The notes under the pieces were generated by a model that searched no databases, was not told where the DNA came from, and worked only from the letters and a program-made list of their open reading frames with translations. A program made the position numbers and the translations under genes. Shown here one piece after another: positions 42,586 through 51,687 of a stretch of 64,000 bases of DNA; the stretch's first letter is position 1, and every line of letters starts with the position of its first letter. Origin of the DNA: a virus; IMG/VR virus record IMGVR_UViG_3300033977_000049, positions 23,975-87,974 of that record; one strand, written 5' to 3'.

Positions 42586-44247
42586 TTATAAAATTATCCA
42601 AGATGTCGGAAATAAATCTTCTGGTTTCCATCGCGGCCCATTAACAAACCATTTCTTGGGAGCAATAGTCAGGCCATCTCTCTTTTTTAACCAAGCTCCC
42701 CACCAGCTAAAAGTGGAATTAGCAATTATATGGTGCTTACAAAGGCTCATTAGGTACATATCAAGCTGGCCCGCCCTTTGATGAGTAGATGAATTCCATA
42801 GGCCATGATCTATACTAACAAGTTCTCCCTCAAAATCCTTAAGGCCGTTCCATTTTATATCATTGGTAAATATGAAAAATTTAGCTTCGGGATCAGCCGC
42901 TTTAATTACTGCGTAGGCTTCTTTATAATAATCTATCGGGCAAAGACCATGAAAATCTAGGGTAGATTTACTCTCCGCATATTCTCCGCGCCTGATATGG
43001 ACAGCTACGGAATTACTATTCCAAATTTTTCCTTCCCATGCATTATCAATTGGACGATGGAATTCAAAACAATCCCTAATTAATTGCTCTTGATCTTTAA
43101 AATATTTTTCAGATTGCCAATATCCAGCCAGAGAAACCAACCCATTTTTGATTAATATATTTGGATCAAAATAGAAATTAAGTTCTCTAGTATTAATTAT
43201 CTGAGCTTCACTTGTAGTTTTTTCATTGATTTTAAAACAACCTAAAGTATAACAACATCCTATAGGGTCGGGAAAGGCAGATATATCAAGCAAAAGAGGA
43301 GATTTATTTCTAGCTGCCATGGCTTTTGCAATAGCATATTGAAACATTTGATTGCCTATTCCCCCTGTCAGCTTGGTTATTACAAGAGAGTCAGGCATAT
43401 TTTTTTCCCAAATGCTTTTAAATTTTATAACATCTAGATCTTGTTTATAAATAGAATCTTCTTGACTAAGAATGGCAGCGGCAGCAACCTTCATTATATA
43501 AGGAGTATTAGCGCTTTTAACCAAATTCATAAGAAGAAAATCCGGCGAGCGAATTATGCACATTTGTATTTGATCGGTAATTTTTAAATCGGGCTTACCA
43601 TCAAATTTATTATAAAATTCAATCATCATTGCTGGAGAGCAATGATGGGTTGAAATAAAGTTATTATCTTTCTGAGGTCTGCCTACAGTCCATTCTGGAA
43701 TATATTGGCTTTCCCAATGAGGAATTATTCCAGCATTTCTTAAAGCCACACCCACTGCAATGTCTTCGGCTTGATGAATTTTAGCAAAGTCTTCCCTATT
43801 TATCTTCAAGATTTCTTCCATTGCCCGTCTACTAACCCAATATCCAGGTCCGCCCGAACAATAAAAATTGGAATTATTCAAGCCGCTATAATCGTATTTT
43901 TCAAAATCGCTATTTAAAAGCCTATCCGGAATTAAAAATGTATCTGTATCTGCTTTAAAAAAGAAATCGTAATTATTATCCACTGCCCATCTAAACATAT
44001 CCCAAGTTTTATGAGATTGATGATCCCAATCATCCGGAACATCTAAATATATTTCATCGGAAGCTATATCCGATGGATAAGATTTTCGTAGGCCATTAAT
44101 ATCAACTGGATTAATAGAATGTCCTGGGAAAAATATAACATCTGCATCTTTTACATCTTTAATCCAGGTTTTTCTTTCGGCATCCTGATATGCTTTATAT
44201 TTAGCAGCAGTTGGAATGCCTATTAAAATTTTTAAATCTTTGAGCAT
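42586..44247 (-). CDS. Fusion of GT31/fringe-like and GT11 (alpha-1,2-fucosyltransferase-like) domains
   Basis: RKTW, FKADTDTF, SGGPGY, EDIAVG; then GGIGNQMFQYA, GYWQSEKYF, HIRRGEY, IANSTFSWWGAWL. Confidence 0.88.
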   Translation of the reverse strand: MLKDLKILIGIPTAAKYKAYQDAERKTWIKDVKDADVIFFPGHSINPVDINGLRKSYPSDIASDEIYLDVPDDWDHQSHKTWDMFRWAVDNNYDFFFKADTDTFLIPDRLLNSDFEKYDYSGLNNSNFYCSGGPGYWVSRRAMEEILKINREDFAKIHQAEDIAVGVALRNAGIIPHWESQYIPEWTVGRPQKDNNFISTHHCSPAMMIEFYNKFDGKPDLKITDQIQMCIIRSPDFLLMNLVKSANTPYIMKVAAAAILSQEDSIYKQDLDVIKFKSIWEKNMPDSLVITKLTGGIGNQMFQYAIAKAMAARNKSPLLLDISAFPDPIGCCYTLGCFKINEKTTSEAQIINTRELNFYFDPNILIKNGLVSLAGYWQSEKYFKDQEQLIRDCFEFHRPIDNAWEGKIWNSNSVAVHIRRGEYAESKSTLDFHGLCPIDYYKEAYAVIKAADPEAKFFIFTNDIKWNGLKDFEGELVSIDHGLWNSSTHQRAGQLDMYLMSLCKHHIIANSTFSWWGAWLKKRDGLTIAPKKWFVNGPRWKPEDLFPTSWIIL

Positions 44248-45230
44248 GTTGGATATCCAGGAACATCGCTCGCGTAAATTATTTTACTACCCTTTGGTTC
44301 AAAATTGACATCCACTTTACGGAAATTATTAAGCGCCTTAATTACTTGGTTTTGTTTGGATAGATCACATATTAAAACAAGGAATCCACATCCACCCGCC
44401 CCGGCTAGCTTGCCGCCTATAGCTCCGGCAGAAATGGCTTTATCGTAACACTCATCAATCCAAGAATTGCTAATATTTTTAGCCAGTTGCTTTTTAAGCA
44501 TCCATCCTTCATGAATAATCTGACCCAGCCCTTGTATATCTAATATAATAAACGATTTCCAAAATTCCTCTGCCAAATCATGTATTCTAGACAGATATTT
44601 ATAATTGCTGGTAATATTATCGGATTGATCTTTTAAAATAACAGCAGCATTTCTCTGCCCGTCTAAATAAAATACTAATAAACTTTGAAAAAATTTCCAA
44701 GTTAAAAAATCTTCTCTACGAGAACTAACATTAATACTTCCATCTTGATTAAATCGATATCTTCTAAGCCCACCGTAAGCAGCCGCACATTGATCTTGTT
44801 TTCCTATAGGTTCTCTTAAGACATCAATTTCTAAATGGCATGCCTTTGAGACTAACGACTCGGGTGTTTGATAATCTTTTTTATAAGCATAAAGAGCGTT
44901 TAAAAGCCCAACCGAAAAACTGCTAGATGATCCCAGCCCTGTACCAGCAGGAATGTCTCCTATGGAAGTCAATTCTATGCCATGATCTATCCCGGCTATT
45001 CTTAGTGCTTCCTTAAATCTAGTATGCTGAATCTGATCTATATTTTTAACAATTTCTGTTTTAGAATAACTTATTCTAATATCAGAGTCAAATCTTGGAT
45101 TGGCCGTAATATATATATATTTATCTATAGTAGAACTAACAGCGGTTCCTGTAAAATCTTTATAATATTGAGGAAAATCCGTACCACCGCCAATAAAACT
45201 AATCCTTAAGGGCGTGCGTGTAATAATCAT
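44232..45230 (-). CDS. GHMP sugar kinase, HddA-like (heptose-7-phosphate kinase family)
   Basis: TPLRISFIGGGTD, PAGTGLGSSS, GKQDQ, GGKLAGAGGCGF. Confidence 0.9.
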   Translation of the reverse strand: MIITRTPLRISFIGGGTDFPQYYKDFTGTAVSSTIDKYIYITANPRFDSDIRISYSKTEIVKNIDQIQHTRFKEALRIAGIDHGIELTSIGDIPAGTGLGSSSSFSVGLLNALYAYKKDYQTPESLVSKACHLEIDVLREPIGKQDQCAAAYGGLRRYRFNQDGSINVSSRREDFLTWKFFQSLLVFYLDGQRNAAVILKDQSDNITSNYKYLSRIHDLAEEFWKSFIILDIQGLGQIIHEGWMLKKQLAKNISNSWIDECYDKAISAGAIGGKLAGAGGCGFLVLICDLSKQNQVIKALNNFRKVDVNFEPKGSKIIYASDVPGYPTCSKI

Positions 45231-45922
45231 TTCCGGTGACCGTAAATTATTTCAGGGGATAATCCCTTGCCACGCCCAACAGGAGATAATTCATCCACCC
45301 AATCTGTCATATGAATATGATATGGTCCAATTCCATATTTATGAAGTGTAGATCCTACCCAAAAATCTTCGCTCCATTGGTCCACGCATGAATCTATGAG
45401 CCTATTCGATGCAGTTCTAGAAAGCCAATATCCATAGACCCCCGTAGTATATAATATTCTATCATAAACAACGCATGATCCGCTATATGGATACCGATCA
45501 AATTCTGAATAATAAATACCTTTCCATTCTCTTACAAAGCTATCCGCGCATAATTGTAAAATATATTCGTATTTATTATCTAATGCATATTGACTGATGC
45601 ATCTTTTCTTCCAGGGCAGGGCCATATATGCATCGAGGCAATCTAATTGAATTTCATCTTTTAGGAGGGGATTGGGGAAGGTTTCAAATGATCGAAACCC
45701 GTGAAAGGTGTCGCCATTTAAAAATATTAGATTTTCTTCTTTTTTGCAGCTATCAATATATTCTTGGCTTACGTCTTTAAGGAATAATTCACCCGGCTGA
45801 CCGACAAAAAATTTTAAATCCCAAGGGCATTTTCGCCCCCAGGTTTGTCGGATGGCCTCGTGAACACCATTTTGAATAAATTTTATACAGGAGTGTACGG
45901 CAACTAGAATGTTATCAACCAT
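45227..45922 (-). CDS. GT31/fringe-like glycosyltransferase
   Basis: IRQTW, CADSF, GYWLSR, SEDFWVG; paralogous to the N-domain of 42586-44247. Confidence 0.7.
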   Translation of the reverse strand: MVDNILVAVHSCIKFIQNGVHEAIRQTWGRKCPWDLKFFVGQPGELFLKDVSQEYIDSCKKEENLIFLNGDTFHGFRSFETFPNPLLKDEIQLDCLDAYMALPWKKRCISQYALDNKYEYILQLCADSFVREWKGIYYSEFDRYPYSGSCVVYDRILYTTGVYGYWLSRTASNRLIDSCVDQWSEDFWVGSTLHKYGIGPYHIHMTDWVDELSPVGRGKGLSPEIIYGHRK

Positions 45923-45940
45923 TATATTGCCTATTTCCGT

Positions 45941-46111
45941 TTAACGGATAACTGGTAAATCTGGATTTACGACTTTTTTAACGGCCTTTAGAACGGCAGA
46001 GGGATTTCCTTTAATCTTTAAACTCATCTTAGCAGAGGGCCTATGCTTTAATCTAGACCTTCTTGCCCTCTTGCGTTTTTTCCCTTTTCCTAGAATTTCG
46101 GCAGCGGCCAT
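45941..46111 (-). CDS. Small basic protein (MAAAEILGKGK family), 56 aa
   Basis: Below track cut-off; hand-translated MAAAEILGKGKKRKRARRSRLKHRPSAK...PVIR*. Confidence 0.75.
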   Translation of the reverse strand: MAAAEILGKGKKRKRARRSRLKHRPSAKMSLKIKGNPSAVLKAVKKVVNPDLPVIR

Positions 46112-46521
46112 TATTCAAACTCCATTTTAAGATATTGCATAGCAGCCAATAGCCAATGTGTTTTATCAAGCCATCCTAATACATTATTACATGTTGGGCA
46201 TAATAATCCACGTATTATATTATTTTTATGACTATGATCTACTGCTAATCTTTTCTTTCTAGGAGGTTGCTTGCAAATAGCACATACGCCATTTTGTTGT
46301 TTTAATAATTTATTATATTCTTCTATGGTAATGCCATATCTTGATTTCAGGCTATGTGATCTATGATATACTTTCCATTTATCTTTATCTTTATTTCTAG
46401 ATGCTATCGTAATTTGATTCATACAAAGCTTACATCTAGATAAAAGATATTGCTTATTTTTACCAGTTGAATAAAATTCGGATAATGGTTTTTCTACATG
46501 GCAAAGGGTGCATTTTTTCAT
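46111..46521 (-). CDS. Endonuclease VII-like HNH nuclease
   Basis: RYGIT...QNGVCAIC...LAVDHSH...RGLLCPTCN. Confidence 0.88.
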   Translation of the reverse strand: MKKCTLCHVEKPLSEFYSTGKNKQYLLSRCKLCMNQITIASRNKDKDKWKVYHRSHSLKSRYGITIEEYNKLLKQQNGVCAICKQPPRKKRLAVDHSHKNNIIRGLLCPTCNNVLGWLDKTHWLLAAMQYLKMEFE

Positions 46522-46958
46522 ACTTTATTAGCTTTTCTTGCTTCCGAGAGGGCAATTGCAACACCTTGTGCCCTACTTCTTACAACTGGTCCGTGCTTGC
46601 TACCGCTCCTCAGAGTTCCTGCCTTAAATTCTTTCATAACTTTGTGGATTTTGGACTGCCCTTTCTTGCTTTTCCAGGGCTTAGATTTCTTTCCTTTGCC
46701 AAGCACCTTAGCCGCACTTACAACTCTTTCGCCTTTATGTAACCTATATGTGCCAGTCTTTTTAACCTTGCCACCCTTTTTCAAACTAGGAATAGCTCCA
46801 CCACCAGTAATCTGTGTAGCTGGAACGGCCCCTCCACCAGCCAAGCCGACACCGGGAACTCTTCTAGCCGGAGAGAAACTTCTTAATCCAACAGATGCAG
46901 GCGCAATAGTTGAACCAGCACGAGTTGCCAGATTTATCATTGGTCTTAATATTGGCAT
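46518..46958 (-). CDS. Basic protein
   Basis: KGGKVKKTG...LHKGERV; KVMKEFKAGTLRSG...QGVAIALSEAR; internal AAKVLGKGK. Confidence 0.7.
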   Translation of the reverse strand: MPILRPMINLATRAGSTIAPASVGLRSFSPARRVPGVGLAGGGAVPATQITGGGAIPSLKKGGKVKKTGTYRLHKGERVVSAAKVLGKGKKSKPWKSKKGQSKIHKVMKEFKAGTLRSGSKHGPVVRSRAQGVAIALSEARKANKV

Positions 46959-46959
46959 A

Positions 46960-47451
46960 TTAAACTCCTATTGGAAGTTCTGGACGCTGTCCTGGAGCGG
47001 CAGCCGGAGGAGTTTCTTTTGTCTCTTCCTCTTCTTCTCGTGGCGATGCCATATATTCGCCTACATGAGCCTGAAGGGTATTTAAATCTGGTACGTGATG
47101 CTCTTCGTTCTCAACCGGAGTTGCACCCGGTTCCGATTTAAATTCATGTTCTGCGATATAACCGCCATTGGCAGTTCTGCGAATATGCATTTTATGGACA
47201 GTACGCTTCTTGCCGGTTTTCTTGGTGGCTTTCTTAGGCCCACCTAGATGAACCTTTGCTCTATTATCAGCCATATGTTCCTCTAATTCTTTTTTATGAT
47301 GTCTTTCTTCTGACCGAATATGCTTAAGCAAGGATGCGCCTTCTTCATCTCCTTCTTTTTCAAGAAGGGACGCTCCTTCGTCATAATGGTCTGCGGCTTC
47401 GACTTCTTCTTTGCGAAGCTTCTTTAATACTTTTCCAGCCTTATCCGCCAT
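46960..47451 (-). CDS. Half-ferritin-like N-terminus fused to basic/acidic phage domain
   Basis: EVEAADHY...IRSEERHHKKEL; second part begins MADNRAKVHLGG. Confidence 0.55.
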   Translation of the reverse strand: MADKAGKVLKKLRKEEVEAADHYDEGASLLEKEGDEEGASLLKHIRSEERHHKKELEEHMADNRAKVHLGGPKKATKKTGKKRTVHKMHIRRTANGGYIAEHEFKSEPGATPVENEEHHVPDLNTLQAHVGEYMASPREEEEETKETPPAAAPGQRPELPIGV

Positions 47452-47504
47452 GCGATAAACCCCTACTACATTTGTGGTATGATTTTACAACAAGGCTAAG
47501 ACAA

Positions 47505-47804
47505 TTACACGCCAACCTGATCTGTCATATGCTTATCGCGGGTAACATAAGATTCATGCTCGCCAGTTTCTAGGCATACATAGACATTGGAATCAACTTT
47601 TGTGCCGGTTTCCCCATCATTTTCGGTAGCCTTAAAATCTCCACCACGTGCTAAAGTTGGGCTAGATTCTGCGGCACCACCAGCGCGTTCATTTTTGCCT
47701 TCGCCCTCGATTTCACCTTTCTTGCCGCTAAATTTAAAATCTTCGGCTTTAGCTTGGTAAGGACTGGTCTGTGTGGTGTTTAAATCAACAAGTTCATTCG
47801 CCAT
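47505..47804 (-). CDS. Hypothetical low-complexity protein
   Basis: GGAG RBS; 99 aa. Confidence 0.6.
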   Translation of the reverse strand: MANELVDLNTTQTSPYQAKAEDFKFSGKKGEIEGEGKNERAGGAAESSPTLARGGDFKATENDGETGTKVDSNVYVCLETGEHESYVTRDKHMTDQVGV

Positions 47805-47895
47805 TATAATACTCCATTAAGAAAGGCCAGTAATGGCCCTTTTGCCCGTTATCCTGGGCCCGGGAATACACTTAGATTTTCGCTAAGTTACTATA

Positions 47896-48102
47896 TTAAA
47901 GCTTTTTTAGATCGGCAACAACATCCGCAACGACTTTGCTAACTTCGGAAGATGCGGCTGATTCAAGTTTTGACACTGCTACTTTAAGCTTAGCCTCTAA
48001 TGTAGCCACTTCTACCCTTAACTTAGCTTCAACAGTTTTGCGATTTAGATAAACCACAATAGCTGCGGCTGCGCCGATTAATAGTCCTGCTAAGAATTCC
48101 AT
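47896..48102 (-). CDS. TM + coiled-coil small protein
   Basis: MEFLAGLLIGAAAAIVVYL followed by amphipathic helix. Confidence 0.6.
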   Translation of the reverse strand: MEFLAGLLIGAAAAIVVYLNRKTVEAKLRVEVATLEAKLKVAVSKLESAASSEVSKVVADVVADLKKL

Positions 48103-48707
48103 TATTTTAATCCCCTTCCCAAAATTACGCCAGTGATAACAGAAAGTCCTACCACTTTAGCGTCATGCTTCAGGCGATCAAAAAATGATCCGCCTTTTGC
48201 AGCTTTCTTCCATGTTTGAACTTCATTATTACAAGCCGTAAGCTCATTTTGCAGATTGGTAATGGATGCTTTGGCCGTAGTTAAATTCACTTGACATTCC
48301 TGGCATGATTCAGCACTTTTAGCCAGAGACATCATAACTTCCGGAGTCATTGTGTAAACCATTTGAGGCGTCGGATTAGGATTGCTAGCCGTGGGAGTAG
48401 AAGGAACTTGCATGGGAACTATTTTAACATCTGGGAAATATGTAGGAACAGATGCAGCGGCCTGTGCTGGAGTTTTAATCTTTTCCAATTCGGCCCTTAA
48501 CTGACTAATTTGCTGGGTATTATCACTGGCTAATTTAGCCCGCTCTGCCTCTAACTGTTTAACAGTAGATTCATAAACTTCGGCTTTAGCAACTGCCGCT
48601 GTAATTAAATCATGAGACCTGCGAATCTCTCCCCATGCTACCACAGCAATAATTATTACAATAGAGAATTCTATAATTCTCCATTCTCGATGAGTTATAC
48701 TAGTCAT
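48102..48707 (-). CDS. Membrane-anchored coiled-coil protein, possibly spanin-like
   Basis: N- and C-terminal hydrophobic segments, coiled coils, CQEC. Confidence 0.45.
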   Translation of the reverse strand: MTSITHREWRIIEFSIVIIIAVVAWGEIRRSHDLITAAVAKAEVYESTVKQLEAERAKLASDNTQQISQLRAELEKIKTPAQAAASVPTYFPDVKIVPMQVPSTPTASNPNPTPQMVYTMTPEVMMSLAKSAESCQECQVNLTTAKASITNLQNELTACNNEVQTWKKAAKGGSFFDRLKHDAKVVGLSVITGVILGRGLK

Positions 48708-48801
48708 TGGTTACCTCGCCGCCCAATACTTTTGATTTTGTCCGGACTTATATCATGTCCATTAGTAATGGACAGATTACAACTCTAACCTCTAACTGAC
48801 A

Positions 48802-49389
48802 TTAACTCGGATACGAAACATTCTTCATTCCAAAGTTAGCACATAGCCATTGCGTATAACGAAGGATTTGCGCTAAAGTTGGGTCGGTAGTGGCCGCTGC
48901 CGCCGCTTGTTTGGCAGCTTCTGCTTGCTGCTGTGCCTGAAACAATGTATTATTTTGAACTAAAACCGAAAATGGATTTGGCGCTATTAAACTTTCACAT
49001 GCAGCCAATGACCTGCGGGGAACTGGACGAGAAGGATTAACATTAGGGGGATATTGTTCCACGGCTAAATTAGGTACATTATAAGCAGCCGCTTCTGCCC
49101 TGGTTAACAAGAGATGGCTATATTGAACTGAAACATTTCCACCAACCCCTACTGTATAAGAAAGGATAGGATACAAAACGTTATTGCTATCAATGTACCA
49201 AATTCCTGTTACGGGATCGGCACTGGTAGTAACGGGAGCCGTTAATGCCTGTGGGTCTACCCAATCTTTAAACCCTTTAGTGGTGTCATAAGGCGGAGTG
49301 GGATTCGCCTGCTGGTCCGCTGGCTGTAATTCTGGAAATAAATTAAGCACCGACAAGGGGGCAGTTGCAGTTGTAATGGGGTTATCCAT
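48802..49389 (-). CDS. Hypothetical protein
   Basis: AGGAG RBS; 195 aa. Confidence 0.65.
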   Translation of the reverse strand: MDNPITTATAPLSVLNLFPELQPADQQANPTPPYDTTKGFKDWVDPQALTAPVTTSADPVTGIWYIDSNNVLYPILSYTVGVGGNVSVQYSHLLLTRAEAAAYNVPNLAVEQYPPNVNPSRPVPRRSLAACESLIAPNPFSVLVQNNTLFQAQQQAEAAKQAAAAATTDPTLAQILRYTQWLCANFGMKNVSYPS

Positions 49390-49568
49390 TTATTTCTCCT
49401 TTTTAATTTCTGGCGCTATTATATTTTTCGTACTACGGGGAATCCTACAAGTGCGCGATGAACTAATATCAAATTTTAATCCGCAACCATCGCAGGTTAC
49501 GGAAATATTTTGAGCATAAAAATCATGAGAACAGCGTGGACATATAAAATGATTCCAATTTTGGGTCA

Positions 49569-49998
49569 TTATGTTATTCCACTTCCAATTAAATCAGGGT
49601 CATTATCAGGCAGGGGATTAGATGCTTTTAGAGGCTTAAAGGAAGGTAATGCAAATATAGACAGAATTTTATCCAACATATCAGGTTTAATTATACCATC
49701 GATAACAGCAAGAAATATAAGCGCAAGTAGCTGAACTTGGCGAGTAGCCTTGGGATCTTCGGATAGCCTTCTTAGGCCATTGGCTATAAATCGCCTTCTA
49801 TTCACATACCTATACGTGTTTGTCTGAATGGATTCTGTCAAGCCAGTAACGCCTTTCTTCCTTATTTGGCCGTTCTGCCCGATCATGCAAAGCGATAAGT
49901 TTAGCAATTTCAATTGAGGTCATGGTATCTAAAACCATAATGTCCAATCTAGTTGCTACAGACACGAGTGCTTTACGCTCTGCGTCATTATTTTTCAT
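49569..49998 (-). CDS. Two small adjacent hypothetical ORFs (49810-49998 and ~49569-49806)
   Basis: Track ORFs; the second probably starts at GTG (VNRRRF). Confidence 0.4.
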
Positions 49999-50007
49999 AG
50001 AATAAAA

Positions 50008-50098
50008 ATAGGGCGGGTAATTTTCCCCATAGGTAGCAACCGCGCTAAGACGTTGTTAAGTTGGCAACAGGAGTTTGCCAGCGCGACCCGCCCCTAAA
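50008..50098 (-). terminator. Branched stem-loop ending in U-tract (terminator or small RNA)
   Basis: Minus strand GGGCGGGT...ACCCGCCC-TATTTTT enclosing CGCGCT/AGCGCG and TGGCAA/TTGCCA stems. Confidence 0.55.
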
Positions 50099-50115
50099 AC
50101 CGGAAGGCTTTAAGA

Positions 50116-50730
50116 TTAATAACGTTCCATGCAGAATTCAACCACGGTATAAGTATTACCAGCATTAGCTGTAGCAAAAGTAAATGATGGCATAAAGTTG
50201 AGTTCCTTAGAACTTGCCACACCTGAAGTAAGCTGAGTACCAACAGCAGCTAAAGTAACCACGGCATTATTTACTGATCCAACGTGCCCACCGTCTAATT
50301 TGGCCACCATGGAGTCCCATTGGAAAATCCATTGAATCTGGAAGTGTCCGCTTGCTGGAGTAGTAAAAGCAATGCTATCAATATTCTGATCGCCAGAACC
50401 GGGGGCACCAGCGCTAGTCACAGAACCAGAAGCACTGATAGTACCCAATGAGAGAGACGGGACTTGATATAACTTGACCGTCAAGTTTCCAGCACCCGGA
50501 TTGGCTATCTTGCACGTTAGCTGAACACCAAAAGCATGACCATCCAACGCTCCACCGGTAGCTAGATCATAAGTAGCAGGAATGCAAAGTCCCGAACCTA
50601 CTGGATATTCTGGAGTTGGAAATCCTGGATAAGTTCCCGCTGCCGGAACAAGCAAGGCATGTTCGTTGGTATCGGTAAGAGTTACCGTAGGAAGATTCCA
50701 TATTCCATTATAGGAATTAACATTCGACAT
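50116..50730 (-). CDS. Probable virion structural/decoration protein
   Basis: G/T/S-rich beta composition; GAGG RBS. Confidence 0.5.
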   Translation of the reverse strand: MSNVNSYNGIWNLPTVTLTDTNEHALLVPAAGTYPGFPTPEYPVGSGLCIPATYDLATGGALDGHAFGVQLTCKIANPGAGNLTVKLYQVPSLSLGTISASGSVTSAGAPGSGDQNIDSIAFTTPASGHFQIQWIFQWDSMVAKLDGGHVGSVNNAVVTLAAVGTQLTSGVASSKELNFMPSFTFATANAGNTYTVVEFCMERY

Positions 50731-50800
50731 ATTTCTTTACCTCAAATTAATTAAAATTTTCATCCCTACTTCCGCTATCGCGGTTCTTTCGGGCCTAGCA

Positions 50801-51046
50801 TTACTGCATTAACGGAACCCAATAAGTAGTTCCGTTTAAAACGACCTGTTGCCATCCAACCACCTTAAGAGGAGCTTGCGGTCCCGTTCCGGTTGCCTGA
50901 GCAGTGCCATAGGCATACGTTGTACCTGTAGCGCCAGTCGCTCCACCTACGAATACCGTACCCTGGGGATCTCCCGCTGGCTGTGATAGGCTTTGCAAGA
51001 AAGTAGTTGGATTAGCACCAGCATAAGTTGGGGTTCCAAAAGCCAT
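50801..51046 (-). CDS. Small fibre-tip-like virion protein
   Basis: GATGATG and terminal GW.....NGTTYWVPL motif. Confidence 0.5.
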   Translation of the reverse strand: MAFGTPTYAGANPTTFLQSLSQPAGDPQGTVFVGGATGATGTTYAYGTAQATGTGPQAPLKVVGWQQVVLNGTTYWVPLMQ

Positions 51047-51058
51047 ATTTTTATCCTA

Positions 51059-51343
51059 TTACCGGCTAGACTCTTTTCTTAGATAGGACTCGCCTAGCCA
51101 GCTATTTTCTTCATCTTCTATATCTCTTTCAATTTCTGAAAGTGAAGGTGTGGGGGATACCCTGCGACCACGAAGGTTCCGATGAAGTAAATAAATACTT
51201 CTCGTTGCTCCCTTTCCACTACCACGGGTTTCATCTAAAAATTCTTTTTCGATTTCTCTGTCAGTGAAGGCCATGGCCCCCTCATATATCCTGTAAAATG
51301 GGGTCGGCTTAGCTATAACTTCTTTAGTCTCTTGAGAATGCAT
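51059..51343 (-). CDS. Hypothetical protein
   Basis: Track ORF; start uncertain. Confidence 0.45.
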   Translation of the reverse strand: MHSQETKEVIAKPTPFYRIYEGAMAFTDREIEKEFLDETRGSGKGATRSIYLLHRNLRGRRVSPTPSLSEIERDIEDEENSWLGESYLRKESSR

Positions 51344-51687
51344 TTAATAGTATTGATAGATATATGCATCTCCTCAGCAATATCCCTAGCGGCATGGCTT
51401 AGAATATAATAGGAATAGATAATATCAAGCCATTGAATAAACTTCTGCCGTCGAAGATTATTGGGAGTGGTTTTAAGATGTTTACAAAGGTGAGACTCAC
51501 AAGCCTTGCGGGTTTTTAAATAGGCAGGTTTTTTATGGGGATGTCTCTTGCTCTTGAAAATTTGCATCCGGTTAATATCTTCTTGCCCAAACCGGGAAAA
51601 AAGTGATTGCCGATAAATGCTCAATCTAACATCATCAAATTGCCATCGGTCAAAATGTACGTTTTTTCCGCTATCCTCTGTAAGCAT
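51313..51687 (-). CDS. HTH DNA-binding protein (sigma region-4-like C-terminus)
   Basis: ARDIAEEMHISINTIKCILKRL. Confidence 0.65.
   Translation of the reverse strand: MLTEDSGKNVHFDRWQFDDVRLSIYRQSLFSRFGQEDINRMQIFKSKRHPHKKPAYLKTRKACESHLCKHLKTTPNNLRRQKFIQWLDIIYSYYILSHAARDIAEEMHISINTIKCILKRLKKL

Noticed and set aside
49569-49998. Programmed frameshift or readthrough joining two ORFs
   Set aside because: No clear slippery site; a GTG start explains the second ORF.
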